From Chrysomallon squamiferum (lineage: Eukaryota > Animalia > Mollusca): a DNA stretch of 64,000 nt. The stretch covers positions 26,350,001 through 26,414,000 of the forward strand of contig CM022673.1 in NCBI GenBank assembly GCA_012295275.1, in the 5' to 3' direction. Every line of letters begins with the position of its first letter. Position 1 is the stretch's first letter. Below, piece by piece: positions 36,581 through 50,100 of this stretch. A program made the position numbers and the translations under genes. The notes under the pieces are model-generated. The model had not been told where the DNA came from. It worked only from the letters and a program-made list of their open reading frames with translations, and did no database searches.

Positions 36581-38038
36581 AAACATTAAAAAAAAAAAAA
36601 CATTTATGATTTATGGCTATTCTTGTTTATACGATAAATATATTTGATTAAATTTCACATTTAAAGTTTCCAATAGAAAGCACAGTTATACTGTATTGAC
36701 ATAAACCAGATTTATTTAGGGTCGATGAAATGTATATTTTGAGTTAAACAGGTCGGAACAGAAACAGTTATCCAGAGTTATAGCTCTTTCTTATAAATTA
36801 ATAAGTCCGCTAGTAATAATTATATTTTGTTATCAACCAACATCAGTGCTTCACTAAACGCTCTTGAGTCAAAATCTGTCGATTAAACTCTGTATGTTCG
36901 TTAATCATTTAGAGTAATGCTGCACGCGCGCGCTATTTAATGTGAGAACAGTTCAAACGTTTTGGATCAAAAAACATTCGCATAATTCACAAAACAGACC
37001 TAACTGCTACACAGAATCAAAACAGAATAAACCTGAAAAAAAATAAATAATAATTTATACATATCCCAGATAATAAATTGGGTCCTGCCTATTTTTAGAG
37101 CCCCCGCTCAATTAGGGATCTAAAATAACAGTAGTGGTTAACGTTTATTAAACAGCTTGACTTTATTGTTTTATAACGGAGATTAATTAACAATTGTTAA
37201 TTAAAGTGCGACGAGGGATCTGCCTGCACATATTAGTGATTACCTAAAAAAAATGTAAATAAATAAATAAGTAAATAAAATAAAGGGCAAAAATTGCTTT
37301 GTTATTATTAAGCCCTCAAGCTTATATTAAGAAATACTATTAAATGATGTGATTAGAATTTATATATATTTCAGTTAATTGTTGTTAGTGTTTAAAGCAA
37401 AAATTTAAAAATATGTTGATTACTAAATACTGGTGGTCGTAAATTAGAAAAAAGTGGTTATAAAAATATCAAGAGAGATACTTATTTTGATAACAGATCA
37501 TAAACTGGAATTAACAGATTTAAAATACACATTTCAAAGAAATCTAAGTTGCGAGCCATATAATACTTTAAAGGATTTAATTTATTATTATTAATTAGTT
37601 AGTTTATTTATTTATTTTAACCTTTAAAACAAGCAAAAGATAAGAAATACAGTTAAAAGCGTAGAACTTATTCCAACTGTTTTCTGACCTATTTTATAAA
37701 TATTTTTTAATATATAAATAGCGATAGAATTTTAAAATGATTTTGTAAAATTCAGTTTTCTTTTTCTTTTCTTTTCAAACAATAATGATTTTAAAAATAA
37801 TAATAAAATGCCGAGTAACTTTTTTAAAAAGGAGCTTCGCAATATATTGTTTTTAAAATTCATTCGGAATCATTGAACGTGGAGATCAATTTTATTGAAC
37901 ACCGGTATAACTTCCATCAACAAGTTTGGTAGTTTTCCTAAAATCTTGTTTTTTTAAATATTTTATCATTTATGACTTGTGACTGTTATTACAATTATTA
38001 TTTTAGATATCTAATTTACTCATGTAATCGTTGTTAAC

Positions 38039-41000
38039 ATGAAATCTGAAGCTAGTGCCATGAATTCCAAGCCGACAAAAGTACAGTGTGAGACAAGAAT
38101 TTTGCCAAAACGGAGAGTGTCAAAAAATCCGTTTCTTCATCAAAACGGAGGATTCAACGATGCTGATCTCACGTTAGCTATTCAGGAAAGTTTAAAGAGT
38201 GCCAGAAAAATAGAGAAAAGAGAAGCGGCAACACAAGAAAATAATATTAGTTCCCATTCAGCTAATGTGAAGAATCAAACCAGAATGGCGGGCAAGCTGA
38301 CAGTGACAAACACTGATTGTTCAAATTCAAAACAAGAAATAAAACAGCTGAAAGAGTTATTGTTGTTACATCTTGAAATGATTCGTCACCAGGAACAGTT
38401 ACTAATAGCCAAAGATCAGGAAATTAAGATACTGCAGTCAGAAAAAGAGACGGTAAGATGTATATAAACTCAGACGCGCAAAATGGCCGCTTGGCTTGAG
38501 GAAGAAACCTTAATCTAGGCCTTTTCGCGGCATTTATGTTTAAGTGGTCGAATGGATTTGACTATGTAAGATTTAATTAAAAGAAAATATTTTATTATAG
38601 ATATGCTCATGAAGTATACATTGTTGGTCTTATTGCTGTTTACGTAATGTGAAATGATAAATTCCGATTTTATTTTATTTATTACTTTATTATTATTATT
38701 ATTATTTTTAAATATTTACAAATTAATACTTTTTAAATACACAGAAATAATAGTAAATTGTCTTCTTTTTTTTATTTTGCAAATGTAATTACTTAAGCAC
38801 CTGCACAGAAAATGCACTCAGTCATAGCGCAACGCTTCTATCAACTCCGTAACTAGTTTTGCAAACGTCCGATTTAAGACCGCAAATTACTATGTAAGCT
38901 GGAAACTGCTAACTAATCAAAATGCACGACCTTTCTTCTGTGAACCCTGACCGTGATGAATTAGCCAATCATTGACTAACGAACAGGAAGGTGTTGACCC
39001 TTCGTTTAGAGGTCGCAATTTCATGACAGGTTCACTGCACAAGCTATGTTACTGAATGATGGAGAGTTGAAAATAATTTCCAATAAATATAAAAAAAAAA
39101 CCTGAGTTTTATTTATTATTATAAATATACTATTTTTGAAAGACCATATCACGAGTAGGTTTATATTATTCATGAAATAATTCACAGTCACGTGATTTAC
39201 CATGTGATAAAATCTATTTTTATACTTCGTCTTTGTCTATGTGTCGGGAAGAAAATGAAGGCAAATATGTAATTACGTGAAAATTTCATGTCGATCATTA
39301 TATAAATGATAAAATATATAAAACAAATTGTACATAGTGGTCTGAACACTACTATGGGAAAATATTTGTATGAAAAGGTATTTTTTAATTATTACTTATT
39401 GATTAACTGAGTGATTGGTGACATTTCCAAATTCCACAGCCGGCCGCCCCTATCGTGTACGTTTCATTCCGACGAGCTATCGTCAGACGCGTCGTGTCTT
39501 GTTTTACGTTGTGACAGAACACAGGCTGAAACAGCCTTATAGGTCCCAAATTAAAAGTGGTTGTTAATCGGATAGTTTAATCATCTTAATGCCTGTAGCT
39601 GAGAGTGATCCACGTCTGGTTATTTACAAAACGATTTGCATGCATTATTATTATTTTTATTTTTATTTTTATATATTTTTTTATATTCATTTTATGTTTT
39701 TATGTTAGTGATAAATATGCTAGAATCTTTTATTTGTACAAAAACATTACCATTTTTGTTTCCTATACAATTTTACATGCTAAATTATCTAATGATGTTA
39801 ATCCATGTTTTCACCCTCTTCCAGAAAACTGCACCAAAACCATTATTAATGGACACCTGTGTATGTTAACAGATGTGTGTTTGTGTGTGTTTTTAATGTT
39901 TGAAAAAATCTTTGTTTTCAGTTACACTGCCGTTTGGAACGAATGGACAGGCGTATATCTCTGCTGAAGCAGAAAAACGAGCCATTTGAGTCATCCGCAG
40001 TCAGAGAAAATGTCCACGAGTTTCCTCCAACACTGACCTCAGAGAGATCCCATAAAAGGTAGAAAGATGTAGAGAGTATTTTGGTAATAACCAGGGTACC
40101 CATAAGCAAACTGTAGTTTTCACTTTGCAGAAACACTGAGTTTAATTTCAGTATTTAAATGATGAAAAGCTAACATGTGCTTGGACTAAGATGTAACTAT
40201 TGCACTCAGGTATATAAACATTTTTTAACAAAAACAATACAGTTTGGTTATATCAGAGATATTGATTCATTTTTGTACAGTCTGTTTTTTTTTTTTATGT
40301 ACTTACATCTTAACTGGAATGCATGTTGAAAGAGTAAGTCCTTTTGACACTTCATAGAGTTTTCATTGGATTCTGAAAAATTCTGTAAGTTTAGTATAAT
40401 TTTTTTACTCCAGAAAATCATCTTCTGACACGCACACTTCCAGAAAGCGGGTTCACATACTGGGTAGCATGGGACGTGAAAAGATTTCTAAACTCGGTGA
40501 AGATGTGGACGTCAGGTCTAGGAATGGTTCGACAGAATCCAGAGGCAGCAACAGTTCATCAGAATCAAATGATGGAAATGATTCAGCAGAACAACGAGGA
40601 GAGGAGATGGAAACCCTGTTGAAAACTGACAATCTCTATCACATCATGTGCTATGAGCCTCGCTTTTTCAGGATTTCTGATCTGTCATTAAATGAGACTG
40701 AAAATAAAGCTCATGCTCAAGGAATAGGTAGGTTGTGTATTTAGTTCATTACGCTGTCAGCATATTCAGATTATTTTTACTGCATCTAAAAATTAGCATT
40801 AGTACAGTGGTGGTTATAACATACACAGGTACTTTGATGATGTAGCCAATGAATTTTTGTCTGTCAGAAGGACATGATTGTTTCAGATTTATTGTTTTAT
40901 GTCTTTAGCTGTTTTAATGGGTTGTAATAACATGTTGTGTGATGAATTATTTTCTTCTGAGCATTATAATTTATACTGTGGAAAAAGTGATTTAATGAAA

Positions 41001-43885
41001 ATGAATTTAAAATTTAGATTTATGAAAACAACTGTCTGCCACTAAAAGGTTACAACTTATTTTTCATAAATTTTCTTACTCACATATATATATTTACTTA
41101 TTTGAATGAATACAGCCTTCTGAAATCTTTTTCTTGGCACACACTTACATGCATTGCTAGATAAGCCTATGTATGTCTTGCTCTTTTAATTTATTTTTTC
41201 TCTTTCTTTTGAAATAATCAAACAAAAGCATTTTACCACAAGGAAGATCTGTATATCTTTTAACTAAATTTTAAACAATTTTTTTATATTTTTATTTTTT
41301 AGTTGAGACACCAAGCTGGCGTTATATAACGTATACAAATCTGTATCAAATGGAAGGAACAGAGGTAACGATTTAAACATTTTTCTTGTTTTAATAATGA
41401 GTTTTAGTTTAATATGATCATTACTTTTCACTGTTGTTGGATGTTAGATTCATGTACTAAGTACAGTTTGTTTTATTTCAGAATATTGAAGATGAAACAA
41501 TTTTAAAACGTCATCAGAAACTTGAAACAGAAGAAAAGAAAAGAAAACGGTAGATACAAAACAAAACAATTATTTATAGTTGCAGGGTCCTGTTGCATAG
41601 TTCTATGTTTAAATGATAAGCAAAAGGTACATTTTACATATTGTTAAAGTGACTGTTAACAGAATTTACAGTTTGTTCCTAAATTACCTTTATTCAAGTT
41701 TTGTAGTATTATATTAACAGTTACATGACCAGATGTATTTAGAATAGTCCTGTGTTTAATCAGAAAGTGTATTTTAGATATTTTGAAGTTTGTTGTAATG
41801 AAAATGTACAGCTGGTTTCTAGATAACAATCCTTTCTTTTTTAATTTTTTTATACCGTATATACTTGTATATAAGTCGAATTTTTGGGAGACTATATTAA
41901 GGTAATATTTTGGGGGTCGACTTATACATAGGTAATGCTTTTGTAGCTGTTGCTGAAGAGTCGCCATTTTGACTATTTTTTGCTATGGGATGCATCTAAA
42001 ATAACCGCGGTCTTTCAGCTTTTCAAAAATATAATTTTATTGTATAAAAAATTTTGAAAAATTAAATAACAAAACCAAATATGAAGGTAAAACATGATAT
42101 TCTTCCGTTTAATGACATAAAAATACATTTTAAAGCGAGAAAACCGTCAGTACGGCGTTATGCCTTACGGCGTCTTGCAATGATCTAGGAATGCAGACTT
42201 CTCTGCCAAATTGCACTAAATATCGGTCCTAATTTCATAAACAGAACTCACTTGTTTAATTGTAAAGAATTTGGTGAAATAATATTGCAATCGTCATTAA
42301 TATCCACTAACGACAAATTTTGTAAATCATAGAACGGCTAAATATAACGTTAGGTCTCCATGTTAGACCTATTACATTAAAGAGATACTATTTATGATAC
42401 ATTTAGGCTATAGCTCGTGCAATACATGCATTTACGTTATTATGGTATGTTCGTGCAAGTTACAGCTCGTGCAAGTTGTGTTACAGTAGGCATACAATGT
42501 AGGCCTTCATGGCACTGTCACACTGGTCTAAAAATAGTGACGGTGCCTGGAATCTACAGTTGACATATACACAAGTAATACCTAAAATGACGCAATTTTT
42601 GGTCTTAAAATACACATCGATTTATACATAAGGTCGCCTTGTACACAAGTATATACGGTAATTGTTAATCAAAATAAATGGTAACTTGCTATTTATTATG
42701 AAGCTCTCTTTCATGTAAAAAAAAAAAAAAACTTTCAGTGTTAATAATTTCAGCTTGCAATTTTACAAAATGTGATATTTTTTTTTTCTGGTGACAATGT
42801 CAGTAAGAACCAAAAGCAAAGGTTTTTTTTTTTTTTTTTTTTTTAAAGCCTATTGTATAAATTTTCCAACTTGTCTGTAAAAGTTTATCAATTCGTGTTT
42901 TAACATTTTTCAATGCAGATGGGATCTTCAGAGAATTCGAGAACAAAGAGCACTGCAGAAGTTGCAGGACAAATCTCGCCAGGTTCACCGATCAGTTGAT
43001 GATGGACGGAAACATGATTCAAATGAGCTTGAAGTAGACACACTACATCCTCGTTTGGAAGACAGTAAGTTTCACCACATTTTCAAATAAAAAACTGTTC
43101 TGAAAGTCCCCTGAGAACAGTATTATTGTTGGTAAGATGTTGACCAATACCCAGCATTTAAAATTGAAAATGATTATTATTTTTTTTTTATTATTAATAT
43201 TTAGGTATTTATAAATATTATTACAAAGAACTTCTTCAAAAATTATCTTATTAAATGTTAATACTTTCATTGGAATTATTCAAAGACCAAGTTATCTATG
43301 AAATCATATTTGCAAATATTTCTAAGAGTGTGTATTATCATTTCAGTTACACATTTAGAGGTGTCTGATAGATTAACTGTCAATGCATTTGGACAGCCAC
43401 TGCCATTTATGAAACAAAAGTAAGTAACTGCAAATTGGTACTTTGCCCCTATTTTTTAAATTTTGAAATGGATTACATTTTCATTAGTAGTTTTAGTAAA
43501 AAATTTCATTTATCTTGTAAAAATAAATTCAGATGTTTTAGAAAGACTGATTGTGTGTTTACAGATACATACACATATACAAACACACGCAACACAAACA
43601 AAGGAATAAATGAAAATGTTTTTAATTAAAAAAATCAAAGGTTTCAGACAAAAAACAGATTACATTTGTTCTGATATCAGGTAAAACTCTTTGATAAACC
43701 ATTATTATTTCATACTTTTTACTTTATGTTTCTGGGATGTTTTTTTTTTTTTTGTTACCTTACTATAATTTTTTTTTTTTCTCTCTGCATCTATTTTTGC
43801 TTTTTTCAGGGACTTTGATTTACCGTGGAATTCAAACAGTTCTCCTCCATTCCAAAAATCTTCATCTCACTCGTTACGAAGGTAA
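38039..43885 (+). CDS. MSL1: Male-specific lethal 1 homolog (MSL histone H4K16 acetyltransferase complex scaffold), 8 exons
   Basis: Exons 38039-38452, 39922-40058, 40414-40727, 41303-41364, 41482-41549, 42919-43064, 43347-43419 and 43810-43885 join in phase. Coiled coil LKELLLLHLEMIRHQEQLLIAKDQEIKILQSEKETLHCRLERMDRRISLLK (MSL2-binding) and PEHE domain VETPSWR...ENIEDETILKRHQKLETEEKKRKRWDLQRIREQRALQKL...VNAFGQPLP...DFDLPW. Confidence 0.94.
41855..42658. mobile_element. Non-autonomous Tc1/mariner-superfamily (Tc2/pogo-like, CCGTA-ended) MITE, 804 bp, in MSL1 intron 5
   Basis: TIRs CCGTATATACTTGTATATAAG (41855-) and CTTGTACACAAGTATATACGG (-42658), with TA on both sides (41853-54, 42659-60). 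Subterminal GTCGACTTATAC-like repeats at both ends, CpG-richer interior, no transposase ORF. Confidence 0.88.
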
Positions 43886-46800
43886 TGACAATAGAGTTTT
43901 GTTTTTGTGACACTGTAAATGTAAGATCATCTTTCACACTGAAGATTTCAGTTACATCAAGGACAGCGGGCTGCCCTAGGAAAAATCCCCACTTTTTTGT
44001 CACATTTTCATATTGTGTTGTGCAGTTTCATGGTTTAAGGAAAAAAAAAAAAAAATAAAATAAAGATGGTTTACCATTTTGTTTCTTTATTTAGTGTATA
44101 TATACATTGTTTATTTTTCACAGAGAACAGTCACCTAAAATGTAGTATATATTTTTACAGAAGACTACAGATTATTTTTAGGTTAAAATTATTTTTGCTG
44201 TACATTTCACTGCAGTGCTTTTCAAATCATGCATATTGTCAGATTTGCTTTTTATTTTTTATTTTTTTCAATTGGTCTTAGCTTTGATTTTTCAGTGCAA
44301 CTTAAATTTTTTCTATCTTTTTCTACTTATTATTTTTAAAATCATGCCACTGACAAATAATTTTTTTTCATATCTTTATAAATCAAATGTATTATTGAAG
44401 TAGTTTTTAAACGTATACTTTAGCCTAACAATCATTTACAGATTGATTTTTAATATCATCATCAAAAAAAAATCTTGAAAAAATTAAAATGGCAAGTTCA
44501 GCATTGTCAAAGCTAGTGCTTCAGTCTTGAAATAAAATTTACTTTCAGGCAAATGTTTTGTGAAATTTCATATATTGTGTAATTAATATATTTTTAGGAA
44601 TCTCAGATTTTACTATCAACATTTATTAGCAGTATTAACTTCTCTGTAATAGTTTACTAATGTATAATGTTCTTTATGGCTTTCAAATAATGTTAAAATT
44701 ATAACCTAAATACAGTTCAGATGTATGAATGGTTACTTGGACACTTACGCAGTTTTGACTGACAGCTGATAGTCCTGAGTGCAGTGGATAACTATGAAAC
44801 TGCATGTTTTTGTCAACAGGAAAATAATCTAATAATGGTACAAACTGAAATTAAAATAGATATTTTTTCATTGTAAACACAGTGATAGCTAAACATTGTG
44901 AAACAAAAAAAATTATAATTTAAACAAATTATGTGTTACCTACTGAAAAGAATCATGTGTTAGTATTTTATATGCTCTGAAACCAAATTTGTCCTAAGAG
45001 GTTATTTATTATTATTATTAGTTTTGTTTTTTGTTTAATTTTTTTTTTTTTTTTTTTTTTTTTTAAGAATTTAAAAAATACGTGTCAGTTTGGCCACAAA
45101 TAACGATTCTGTAATCAGTGAACTTTAAAGTTTTTTTGCATTCATCAATAAGATTTTATTTACAAATGGCGATTCATTCTAAAAATAAATATTGCATTAC
45201 CTTACAGGGCATTGTCAACAGGCTGCACATTCTCAACTATCATGGTTCAGCATTATGTAAATTATGTAAAAAAAAACAATCATTGTTTAAATTGAAGTAG
45301 AATTTGCTCTGTATTTTGAGCTGTTAGTCAGCTTAATGAAATACAAAATTTTTTAGTTAATTGTTTCTAATAAAGCCATATGTTGTATATATTTTTTTGT
45401 TTTCTAAACTATTGTTTTTTAACTGTTATCCAATTTTGTAACAGTATGGAACTAAGCTTTTTTTTCTTCTTCTATACTTTGTGCAATTAGATTTTAATTA
45501 TGTAACATGTGATTAAGGTTTCATATGAGAACAATGTACTTTGAAGATTGTCACAAACTGACGTAAGAAACATTTATAATTTAATATTTAAAACAAAAAT
45601 ACTGTTTGTTTTTCCAACTCTTATAGTATAGAAATTACCAAGGATGGGCAAAGTAAGAGTACTGTACATTATAAAAACATATTTTATTCTAAACATTTTA
45701 ACAAAATAACATCTCTCTATCATGTAAATATAATTTAGTTTTCTTAAGACAAATGTTACTTGAGTGTTTACAGAATTCAGCGACTGTTACAACTTTGTCA
45801 GCAAGTTGGAGTGTATTATAAAGTATTTTAAAGTACTGAATTTATCTGTATGAAGAAAAATTAAACATTAAACATTTCTTCTTTGTATATGGTTTGCTTT
45901 CTGTCTGTGAGAGAATGCACACAGACACACAAACATAATCATGTAACTTATATATCATATTTCATGAAACAAATATTCAAATTAAACAAGACAATCAACA
46001 AGTATAACTTGATGTCAGTGGAAGCCATTCAATGTATTATGAGTAGATTATGCAGAAACAGAATAACTGACAATTAAAAAGCAAAGTACTCAGATACTTG
46101 ACCTCATCCTGGTAAATCAAGTACCAAATTATCGACCTATTTATCCCACTTCAGATATTTTCCCCGTTTTTGTTGTGATTTTCACACTGTGATGTATTTA
46201 TTATTGTATTGACTGTTTATTTTTCAGTTGAATATTATGCAGCCTATTTTATTTTATATTACATTTCCGATTTTACTTTTTTTCTCACACCATATTTTTC
46301 ATACGATATGATTAGCTGGTAGCAGTTATTCAGCGAGCTGTAAATATTGTTGGTTAGAATGGCTTAAGGAGAATGGAAACAGGTTTCTTCTCTGGCAGTT
46401 ATTTAAATATGTATTTAAATGTTATTATAAATTTATATTTGTTACACTCATTTGTTTCTGTTTAGGTTAAGAATCGTATCAGTAATTGTGGCAGGTTTTG
46501 TCTCATGACGTCATAGAATCTTGGTAGATATATCTGCATTTACTGTAAAAGTAAGTGTTGGGGCACAGAAAGTAAAAATTGCAATACATTTATATTTTTT
46601 TTTTCATGTTCTCTGCTTCATTGATGTCTGACGAAAACCTGCTGAGTAATGATTTTGTACGTGATTCACTTTCACTTGCACTGTTCTAATCATGATGTTA
46701 GTGTTTGTCTTGTTTTTTTTTGTTACATTAGGTGTGCAGACATCCAAAGCTTCTCTGGATAATAAATAATGTTGAAAATTCTTGTTTTTCCATTTTTTCT

Positions 46801-47188
46801 TCTTCACTTTTTTATTATTTATTTATTTAATATTTTAAGACTTGGCTAAAATCTTTTCAGTATGGACAATATTAAAGTTATCTTTCAAAAAGCAAAACTA
46901 ATATTAGGATGAATGTGTAACATCCACCATAATAATCTATAAACTAGGATTTAAAGGAGGTAACAGTCCCAAATCCACAGACATTTTAATTTGAATCAAA
47001 AGATAAGCATATTAGAAAACTGCAGAATAGAGTCAGTGTATAAGTATGGCAGTTATTACAGTATTTTCAAATGTTTGATAAAAATTCATCTGAAAAAATA
47101 GATGCAAAAATTATCTAAAATGTAAGACATTTGTACTCATTGAAATAAGGAAAAAAAAAGTAAGTAAAAATCCTTCAATTTTATTTAA

Positions 47189-50100
47189 TTAGCCATGCTT
47201 TTCTTTGCATTTAAATATTTTTAACTGATTATCAGCTCCTCCCGAAAGCATTAGATCTGGTATTGACCAATCAACAGCCAGGATTTTATCTTCATGTCCA
47301 CTCATATCAAACAGAGGTGCCTTTGGACTGAAAATAAACAACACAGTTAATAAATTTAAAATAAATGTTTATTATATTCAAAACAATTCATTAAAGAGCC
47401 GAATTCTTGAACAATAGGACATTTAAACAATCTATGCTTTTATTTCTAAACACTAAGAACAAAATAATTTTGAAATAATACATTTTTTGAATTAATGTTT
47501 AATCAACATGAACTAATAACAGAAGAATGTATAAAGACATCAAAACAGATTTAATTATTTCAATAAATTATCTTAGCCCTTGGCTTTTCTACACTACAAA
47601 ACTTGGTTGAAGACTTTTACCTTCTTGTGTCCCACAACTTCATCACTTGATCATAGGACCCAGAAATAAATTCCCACTGGTTAGTGGGAGACCAGGCGAC
47701 GCCCACAACCCACCCAGCATGTGATGTAAACAAACTTTTCACAATAGATCCATCTGAAAGTAGTTAAGCAAATGAAAAATGAAAGAAGAAAATGTTACAT
47801 TAGTGAGCGTACAATTCACATCAAATTCATACAATTAATATTGTTATTCACTTATTGGCATCCTAAATTATTAATTTTCCTAAGACACAAACTGAAATAA
47901 CTTCCATGGGAATATGACGAAAAAAAAACAAGCTGAGTTTCAAAAAAATCGTAAAAGTTCATAATAATACGATTGAGCAGATATTTAATAAAAACAATTT
48001 TTGCAGTTGTTATATCTTAATAAATAATTACATATTGCTAGAATCTATTTATTTAAAACATCAAAGCAATAATCCTCAATTAATAATGTGTAGTTTTCAT
48101 CTGTAGATTTACATCTTTTAAATCTGTACTAAAAATATGCATATTAATTATTTCGTACCTGTTGATCGTGGGTCATATAACCTCAAATGACGATCTGATG
48201 AGGCAGTGATAATTTGTCCATTCAGTGGAGAGTAAGACAGATCAAAGAAAACTTTAGATCCTTGCTGAAAACAAAATATTATTTCTGTAATAAAATATGA
48301 AAAAACATGAAAAGAAAAAGAGAAATAATGATGTCATAATATGATAAATAATTAAACAAAAAAAGTAAAAATATTTTTATCTGTGAAAAAAGTAAATACT
48401 AAAACAAAAGTGAAGAATGAAAAGAAACTACCATTTTTGCAACTTAGTATTTAAGGATTTAACTGTTCAAGAATCTGTTTATTCTGACTGACTTTTATTT
48501 TTATTTATTTAAATCTTACTAATAATGTTTTCTGTACAGCATGCTCCAAGTCCCACAATCTGATTGTGTGATCCCAAGATGCAGTGCACACTTCATTGTC
48601 ACTGATAAACTGTACAGCAGAAAGTCCCTCACTGTGACCCGACAAAGTCAACATGGGAACCTGAAAAAAAATGAAGTTATTTTAGATTTTTAAGATTTTG
48701 TTAGCAAGTGGTTCGATCATGAAAAGTCACTGTGTCGCTGAGAGTATTTTTAATTTTTCTGACAGTTATGACTGACAATATATTTATTATCTGGTAGCAC
48801 TACTTCCACAGTTGAGTTTATTATATCTATATTCTTTATTTCAAGTTTTTTTTTTTTTTTTTTTTTTTGTTATTGATTTTAATATTATTTTTCGTCATTT
48901 TAAAACAGTTGTATGTATAAAATAAAATGTTGGATTAAAAATGAAACCAATTCTTTATGTAATTAACTATTAATTTTGTAAACTTCTTTAAACAATTTAC
49001 CCGTGTCTGCAGTTTAGATGCAGATACTTTTTTCCTTTTTACTGGTTTTTCTGTTTGTTCTGTTTCACTGGTATCTGACACTGACTGGTTGACATCTGAA
49101 TGTGGATAAAAACAGGAGATTAGCTATTATTTAAATTAGGTTAATCTTTTTTTACATGTTAATGAGTAATATTTTAACATGGTAAATTGTTAATCATAAT
49201 TCTAACCAAAACATTTTACATTAACTTGCATGCAAGTTACTTACTCCTGTGCTCAGTTTAGGAATAAGGAATTTCAAATTATCAAAACTTTCTGTTTAAA
49301 AATAATTAATTTGGATTAGCTTGGGATTATTTACTTAGCCATTTTTTTTTTTTTAAGTGGAATAAACTTTCAGCTTTATAAGCCTAAATAGTATATAGCA
49401 TATAGTACAAATATCCAATTCATGTTAGTATTTTCTGAATCAGAGTAATTCAAATATTTTTGTCCCTGTATATTTTTCTTTTTTCCCTTTTTTTTTTTAG
49501 ATTATTACCTGCTGACAACAATGAAATAAAAAAAGGAAGGTGACAGTTTATTCTATCTTCAGTTTAACTAAATATTTACCTGCTGACCACAATTTTAACA
49601 TCTTGTCCCAAGACCCACTACAAAACTGAAAATAAAAAAGCAGCAAGTTAATCAAGATATGTTTATAAAATATCTGCTTCTGTATTACATCAAGAAAACT
49701 GTTGGCTTGTAAAAAATGCTGCTGACTTCCCATAGGCTACTCGTATCAATTAATAGCAAATGACGTTTTTGTACATATTTCCCCACAGATAGGAAAGCTC
49801 ATACTAGAGACGAAACAGTTTATATATGGACATCTGACTTGAAAATAATTATGGTTTTATTGAAAAGTATGATAGTAACATTGATTTCAACAATAAAAAT
49901 ATATATGTATGCTGGTGATTCATTTTTATTGTTGAAATCAATATTATTATCACATTTTTCATTAAAAAAATTATTATTTTTTCAGTCAGATTTCACTAGA
50001 ATATTAAAACCATAAAATGATTCAAACAATGAAATGATAGAAACATAGTACCATACAAAATTTTTTTTTTTTTTAACCTTACAGGCAGTATTTTTGTTTA

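Noticed and set aside
35640-37250. Transposon in the CKAP5-MSL1 intergenic region
   Set aside because: CpG-containing, complex sequence suggests repeats or regulatory DNA, but I could not define TIRs, a TSD or coding remnants.
48700-48820. H/ACA snoRNA on the minus strand of WDR12 intron 8
   Set aside because: An H-box-like AGAAAA, a short 3' hairpin and ACA are present, but there is no convincing 5' hairpin or pseudouridylation pocket. Such motifs arise by chance in AT-rich DNA.
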